Assembly: GCA_048267165.1 (NCBI GenBank)
Contig: JBLWYD010000012.1
Span: 18,466-82,465 of the forward strand
Origin: Bacteroidota bacterium
Lineage (GTDB): Bacteria; Bacteroidota; Ignavibacteria; Kapaibacteriales; UBA2268
DNA: 64,000 nucleotides
Direction: 5' to 3'
Notes under the pieces: model-generated
Seen by the model: only the letters and a program-made list of their open reading frames with translations
Database searches by the model: none
What the model was told of the DNA's origin: nothing
Shown here: in pieces, positions 61,101 through 64,000 of the stretch
How the letters are laid out: every line of letters starts with the position of its first letter
How positions within the stretch are numbered: position 1 is the first letter of the stretch
Made by a program: the position numbers and the translations under genes

Positions 61101-62743
61101 CAGCTATGAATGTAGTTACAGAATTACCAGTGAAAGGAAATGGAACTTCTGGCAATCCTTTGAAAATGGATTCGGCAACTGCTTCAAATGCTGGTTACCT
61201 AACAGCAAATGATTGGACTAGATTCAATAACAACTCATCTTCAACTGTATATACTACACTCCCTGTACGTGGTGATGGTACGTCTGGTGATAGAATAAGA
61301 ATGGATGCAGCTGGAACAAGTACCAATGGTTACTTAACTATGGGAGATTGGAATAATTTCAATAATAAGCTAAGTGCTTTGCATATTAGTACTGTATTTA
61401 CTGGTAGTGGAGTTAACTCAGGTAGTCCATTGGATATTGAATATGCTTCGCCTACTCAAAAAGGTATCGTAAGTAAAAACGCTCAAACTTTCGGTGGTGA
61501 AAAAACCTTCGCTGATGGTGTGAGTATTCAAGATAGAAATCCACTTAGATTATATGATTCAGGCAATACTAATTATATAGCTCTTAGATCGGCTGCTTCA
61601 CTTAGTGCAAACTACACTCTTACTCTACCCAATGGTGTAGGTACTAGTGGTCAATTCTTAACTACTGACGGTAGTGGAAATATGTCTTGGACTACTTCGA
61701 CTGCTGGGACTGGGTATATTACTTATGGTACTGATAGTACACAACAAACGGCATTAATGTCTGAGTATATTTTCGATGTATCGAATGAGACTGTTGCTTC
61801 TGGCGGAGCATTAGGTGCAAAGATCACAGCTAAAGGTGGTACGAGTACTGGTTCGGCAACAGGGTTGACAGTACAAGCAACAGTGAATGGTGGTTCGAGC
61901 GATGCCGTTTCAATAAAAGCTGTAGCAACTAACAGCGGCACCGGAAAAGAAATCGCTCTGGATGCCGAAGGTGTTATCACAACTGACAATTCTTACGCTA
62001 TCAACGATACTACTGTGCTAAATAATAAGAACCAAAGTGTGTTCGTTGGTAATTCGGCTGGTAGTAGTATTACTAATGGAACAAGCAATGTAGTAGTTGG
62101 ATTTGAGTCTATGAAATCATCGACTACTGCTAGCAACAACGTAGTAGTAGGTAATAAAACGGCAACTAGTTTGGCTGGTAATTCGAACGTACTAGTAGGT
62201 AATAGTATAACTATTGGCAATAGCGCAGCTGATAGCAATAACGTAGCAATAGGTAAAGGGTCGAGAATTAATAGTGGCAATGCATTCTCATCTGCAATTG
62301 GTTCATTAGCACAAGTGGATGCAAACCACACAGTTGTATTAGGTGCTATAGACGGTGTGAACGGAGCTGATAGTTCTGCGAATGTGGGAATTGGTACACA
62401 AGCACCAGATGCTAGGTTACAAGTGATTTCGACTGACGCTAGTACTCACGCTCTTAAAGTTGGGGGTTCCAACTCAGGTGAATATGGTACAATGAATTTT
62501 GCTTCAATTTGGAAGGGGACAAGCACTACTCCACCTAAAGGATATTCTATCTACTATTACAATAATAACCAAACAAACCTTATTTCTTTACCTGCCGGTG
62601 AAGATGGTCAAGTTTGCTTTGTCATGAATAAGTCTGGACTCAAAATCACTATTGACTCTGATCCTCAAGACTATGAGATAGGTAATGGAGAGTTACAAAT
62701 GTTTCTATTCTTTGGTAGTTATTGGACAAGAGTTACTATATAA
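55109..62743 (+). CDS. Giant secreted repeat protein, phage-tail-fibre / trimeric fibre adhesin-like
   Basis: Signal peptide from ATG 55109; N-domain 'IP..ISYQG.L...LW.E.Q..NG.F...LG'; ~41 repeats 'P..G.G....PL....A.....GYL...DW..FN'; shaft motifs 'YTLTLP...G..GQ.L.TDGSG..SW' and 'NVGIGT..P...L.V'; YadA-like 'N..VG' rungs. Confidence 0.85.
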   Translation: MKRIAMLCASILLLVSSTLIGQIPNKISYQGLLTNTALKPLADGDYNIEFRMYSDESSGQILWNEKQRLTLQNGVFNAVLGDVNPISLKFNQRYWLGIKLENETEMTPRIPMVSVPYSFYAGLSEGLAEDATGAVLSLNGLEGDVEIEGDNGVTVSKSGNKLLISNKVSAIETIVSSKAQLTIDLNGTEVDINIAPKSISDEEISDVNWETITGKPNLFQPGGSAGGDLVGDYPNPTLSSKGASTGQVLKWNGTQWVADDDMVGSFEFTVNSPLTGDGTKINPLSINKSSSSIDGYLTSNDWTIFNNKLDKVTTDAIILGDGTVTNPLSMAKANSNNSGYLDSDDWKRFDSKLDDIITTGAIIGKGTTANPLRMNKATNSNDGYLTFSDWNTFNSKLSTVNSELPIIGDGSITKPLTMAKASATKDGYLSATDWTKFNAPNTVSVNTPLVGDGSSGNPITLGKANGTTSGFLSSADWTKFNSKLGILVSNTPLSGEGTSASPLMISQANSTANGYLSSGDWNTFNNKLSTVGVNAPISGSGTNLDPLTLVRSNASVDGYLGATDWVKFDSKLDAVVATAPINGQGTTASPLTLSQANSSTDGYLSSADWTKFNTAATVSVSAPITGDGTSGSPLAMSSANTTVDGYLTSTDWNSFNNKLSLVSVNGPLVGDGTSASPITLGRADATTNGFLASSDWNTFNNKLTNVSANAPMTGNGTSGNPLVLVQANGTNDGYLSSADWTKFNNSGTITASAPLSGDGSTGNPLVIAMANTTNDGYLTSTDWNTFNNKLTNVSASAPMTGNGTSGNPLVLAQANGSNDGYLSSADWTKFNNSGTITASAPLSGDGSTGDPLVIATANTTTDGYLTATDWNSFNNKLGLVSVNGPLVGDGTSSSPITLGRADATTNGFLASSDWNTFNNKLTNVSASAPMTGNGTSGNPLALAQANGSNDGYLSSADWTKFNNSGTITASAPLSGDGSTGSPLVIATATTTADGYLTSTDWNTFNNKLTSVSASAPMTGNGTSGNPLVLAQANASTNGYLSSADWTKFNNSGTITASAPLSGDGSTGSPLVIATANTTNDGYLTSTDWNTFNNKLTNVSANAPMTGNGTSGNPLVLAQANGSNDGYLSSADWTKFNNSGTITASAPLSGDGSTGSPLVIATANTTNDGYLTSTDWNTFNSKLDDVAVDGTSVITGDGTVATPLTIDSATSARSGYLTSYDWDRFNTMASSTVTVSSPLSGIGTSGDPIAIATANTTNDGYLTATDWNTFNSKLDDVAVDGTSVITGDGTVATPLTIDSATSARSGYLTSYDWDRFNTMASSTVTVSSPLSGIGTSGDPIAIATANTTNDGYLTSSDWNTFNSKLSDVAVDGTSVITGDGTVATPLTIDSATSARSGYLTSYDWDRFNTMASSTVTVSSPLSGIGTSGDPIAIATANTTNDGYLTATDWNTFNSKLDDVAVDGTSVITGDGTVATPLTIDSATSARSGYLTSYDWDRFNTMASSTVTVSSPLSGIGTSGDPIAIATANTTNDGYLTSSDWNTFNSKLSTVSVELNNPIKGDGTTADKLRMDSATSTRSGYLTLTDWNKFNSSSIDSIKVSTPLTGNGITNSISIPKATNSVHGYLSSGDWNTFNNKLSEVVIANNIPLSGRGLSGDSLTIATANTTTDGYLTAANWNTFNNKLSNVAVNGPITGNGTIGNELTIGRADGTTNGYLGSTDWTTFNNKLTNITLAGGTPLSGSGTTGSPLTISTANTTTDGFLTAANWNTFNSKLSTVNATSPITGNGTSGNPLKMDSATASNGGYLSANDWSRFNSNSTATVITTLPVRGDGSTSDRIRMDQANTTTDGYLTSSNWNTFNGKLSSVSIATGTPITGNGTSTTPLVLAKSSGSVNGYLSSGDWTTFNNKLSAVSATAPITGSGTSGSPLKMDSVGFSNPGYMTTDDYITFYSKLSSVYTQIGGVITGNGTSGDRLKIAQANATTDGYLSSTDWNTFNNKLSAMNVVTELPVKGNGTSGNPLKMDSATASNAGYLTANDWTRFNNNSSSTVYTTLPVRGDGTSGDRIRMDAAGTSTNGYLTMGDWNNFNNKLSALHISTVFTGSGVNSGSPLDIEYASPTQKGIVSKNAQTFGGEKTFADGVSIQDRNPLRLYDSGNTNYIALRSAASLSANYTLTLPNGVGTSGQFLTTDGSGNMSWTTSTAGTGYITYGTDSTQQTALMSEYIFDVSNETVASGGALGAKITAKGGTSTGSATGLTVQATVNGGSSDAVSIKAVATNSGTGKEIALDAEGVITTDNSYAINDTTVLNNKNQSVFVGNSAGSSITNGTSNVVVGFESMKSSTTASNNVVVGNKTATSLAGNSNVLVGNSITIGNSAADSNNVAIGKGSRINSGNAFSSAIGSLAQVDANHTVVLGAIDGVNGADSSANVGIGTQAPDARLQVISTDASTHALKVGGSNSGEYGTMNFASIWKGTSTTPPKGYSIYYYNNNQTNLISLPAGEDGQVCFVMNKSGLKITIDSDPQDYEIGNGELQMFLFFGSYWTRVTI
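57200..59745 (+). repeat. Intragenic tandem DNA repeats: 261-bp units, then 4 x 273-bp units forming a 546-bp dimer (boundaries approximate)
   Basis: cttagctc.gctgattgg at 57311 and 57572 (261 apart); cgttat(a/t)actggggacgg at 58681, 58954, 59227 and 59500 (273 apart) with alternating variants. Confidence 0.9.
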
Positions 62744-62759
62744 TTTTATCTACTCTCCC

Positions 62760-63665
62760 TTAATCTTTTTTCAAAGTTAGGGGAGTATCTTTCATCATAG
62801 ATGATAGCTTTTCGCCGCCTTTTATTCCGAAATCGAGTGTACGTATAGGGAATGGAATAGTAATCTCATTCGCTTTGAAAGCCTTATTGATTGCCATTAT
62901 AGCTCTGTGCCTTGCTTCCATATACTCGCTGTGTTTGACTGCGTACTGCGTCCAAAACATAACAACAAAGTTGATAGAACTATCGCCATAGTCCGTAAAG
63001 TAGAACTGTACTTCTTCGTCTTTCAGAATATCTTCGAGTGAGTTTATAGCCTCTAGTGTTACTTTCTGTACTTTCGGTAAGTCATCACCATAGGAAACAC
63101 CAACCTCCAGATCGATTCTTCTTTTTCCATTTTCAGTGAAGTTAGTAATCGCATTTTGGAATATAGTCTTGTTGGGGATTAGCACTTTTTGGCCTTGGAA
63201 TGTTCTTATATTAGTAGTTCTGAGTGTTATTAACTCAACAGTTCCAACTAAATCATTGACCTGTATTATATCACCTATAGTGAATGGTTTATTGAGCGAG
63301 AGTATAATACCTGAAATGAAGTTTGCAGCTATTTCTTGGAAAGCAAAACCAATAGCTAACCCCAAAATACCAAGCCCAGCTAGCATAGACGTAACTGTTT
63401 TATCCAAATCTAAAATATCAAGAGCTACGAAAAGCCCGGCTGCCAGCACTGAGAGATATACTACATTCGAAAATAGATTGATAGCAGCAGATGGTCCATA
63501 AAACTTCTGAAAGATATCCTTCATCAACTTTTTTATGTACTTAGCAACTATGAAAAACACGAGGAGCACAATCATAGCAACTACGAAGTTGGGGAACATA
63601 CTGACAACAGATTCCCACCAGCCACTAACCTTGTTATATATAATCTCGAATGCGTTTGATAACAT
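62760..63665 (-). CDS. mscS: Small-conductance mechanosensitive channel
   Basis: AG.G..GLAIGFAFQ.I..NF.SG, PF..GD.I, G.V..I.LR.T, IPN, RR.DL.VGV.Y..D, I.IPFP. Confidence 0.92.
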   Translation of the reverse strand: MLSNAFEIIYNKVSGWWESVVSMFPNFVVAMIVLLVFFIVAKYIKKLMKDIFQKFYGPSAAINLFSNVVYLSVLAAGLFVALDILDLDKTVTSMLAGLGILGLAIGFAFQEIAANFISGIILSLNKPFTIGDIIQVNDLVGTVELITLRTTNIRTFQGQKVLIPNKTIFQNAITNFTENGKRRIDLEVGVSYGDDLPKVQKVTLEAINSLEDILKDEEVQFYFTDYGDSSINFVVMFWTQYAVKHSEYMEARHRAIMAINKAFKANEITIPFPIRTLDFGIKGGEKLSSMMKDTPLTLKKD

Positions 63666-63874
63666 AAAGTCCTTTGTCTTATTTAAACTAAAATTGCTTT
63701 ATCACTCGTTAAATATAACGAAAATTAAACTATGATTCTGCAATACAAATTACATAATTCAATAATAATTACATCTAAAACATCTAAATCTGCAATAGCA
63801 ACGTTATATTATAAAACGAAAAAGAAATTAGTTATTTTAGATTTGCAATCAACTAATTAATGGGAAATAGCTAA

Positions 63875-64000
63875 ATGAAAATGCAAGAAGTCTTTGAAAA
63901 AATGAAAAATATAGCTGTCTATGGAATGTCTGCGGACATTGCCAAAGCAGCACACACAGTACCGGGATATATGCTGAAAAGAGGATATAATGTTATCCCT
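63875..64000 (+). CDS. CoA-binding protein (YccU-like), partial, runs off window
   Basis: MKMQEVFEKMKNIAVYGMSADIAKAAHTVPGYMLKRGYNVIP matches 'IAV.G.S....K....V..Y....GY.V.P'. Confidence 0.8.
   Translation, partial: MKMQEVFEKMKNIAVYGMSADIAKAAHTVPGYMLKRGYNVIP

Noticed and set aside
55465-62331. Many minus-strand ORFs inside the fibre gene
   Set aside because: Antisense shadows of a repetitive Ser/Thr/Gly-rich frame

Overview
AT-rich bacterial chromosome segment from the FCB group. Bacteroidota-type TAnnTTTG promoters, a T9SS C-terminal sorting domain and a VWA + Ig-like protein suggest a Kapabacteria/Ignavibacteria-like organism (inference). Most of the window is scattered housekeeping genes: apt, fbaB, MATE, tRNA-Glu, mtaB, slyD-like, mazG, FabL-like SDR, mraZ-rsmH, tamB, pyk, pccB, mscS. 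It also holds a persulfide-detoxification operon (ArsR, TauE, MBL-rhodanese, rhodanese) and an RND efflux operon. No transposase, integrase, CRISPR or rRNA was seen. Most notable: (1) a ~2540-aa secreted phage-tail-fibre/MAT-like protein with ~41 'GYLxxxDWxxFN' repeats, hierarchical 261/273/546-bp DNA duplications and no recognisable export signal beyond Sec, downstream of a beta-propeller lipoprotein; (2) a four-gene operon of three lipoproteins made almost only of a T9SS-CTD-like domain plus a small beta-barrel; (3) a 63-bp direct repeat (62/63 identical) bracketing the RND module, whose leader ORF stop codon sits in a long-range stem; (4) a 2.3-kb transposase-free cassette bounded by 30-bp inverted repeats and rich in REP-like hairpins; (5) two exported pseudo-enzymes (PPase-like and M28-like); (6) an orphan mraZ-rsmH pair with MraZ-box arrays on both strands. 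All product calls come from motif recognition by eye; no database was searched.
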